Virus record (IMG/VR): IMGVR_UViG_3300002461_000783
Span: 1 to 10,539 of that record
Length of the DNA: 10,539 bases
Source: a virus
Strand: one strand, 5' to 3'
Shown: positions 10,532 to 10,539 of the stretch, in pieces
How the letters are laid out: every line of letters starts with the position of its first letter
How positions within the stretch are numbered: position 1 is the stretch's first letter
Notes under the pieces: model-generated
Seen by the model: only the letters and a program-made list of their open reading frames with translations
Told to the model about the DNA's origin: nothing
The model's database searches: none
Made by a program: the position numbers and the translations under genes

Positions 10532-10539
10532 ACCGAGAG
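10446..10539. repeat. Right copy of the exact 94-bp direct terminal overlap
   Basis: Identical to 1-94. Confidence 0.95.

Overview
The window is one complete copy (10,445 bp) of a small circular, high-G+C replicon plus an exact 94-bp overlap (1-94 = 10446-10539). Almost every gene lies on the minus strand in a tightly packed array, with about a dozen ATGA/GTGA/TGATG stop-start overlaps that indicate translational coupling. The gene content reads as a corticovirus-like (PM2-type) tailless phage with an internal membrane. It has an HUH rolling-circle Rep (9251-10531), small early proteins including a zinc-ribbon protein, and a small P-loop packaging ATPase (7739-8386). It also has a ~268-aa beta-rich major capsid protein (6690-7496) and a run of small single-pass membrane proteins. 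A vertex/spike module includes a Tail-Collar domain protein of the kind found in tailed phages (4142-4621). A membrane-anchored GH24 lysozyme (2962-3675) is followed by four small TM proteins. A ~2 kb accessory/control segment (256-2114) holds a histone-H1-like basic protein, a lower-GC two-gene cassette of unknown function, a structured divergent control region and the only plus-strand gene (a DUF3653-like HTH regulator). I saw no integrase, tRNA, rRNA or CRISPR array. Points worth a second look: two poly-G/C tracts placed exactly at ORF junctions, where a 1-nt change fuses or separates ORFs; an 18-bp perfect AT-rich palindrome; terminators that abut the next gene's ribosome-binding site; three good small ORFs missing from the ORF track; an overprinted rep 3' end; and a possible leader-peptide coupling for rep. 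All family assignments come from motif recognition by eye and need HMM or structure confirmation.
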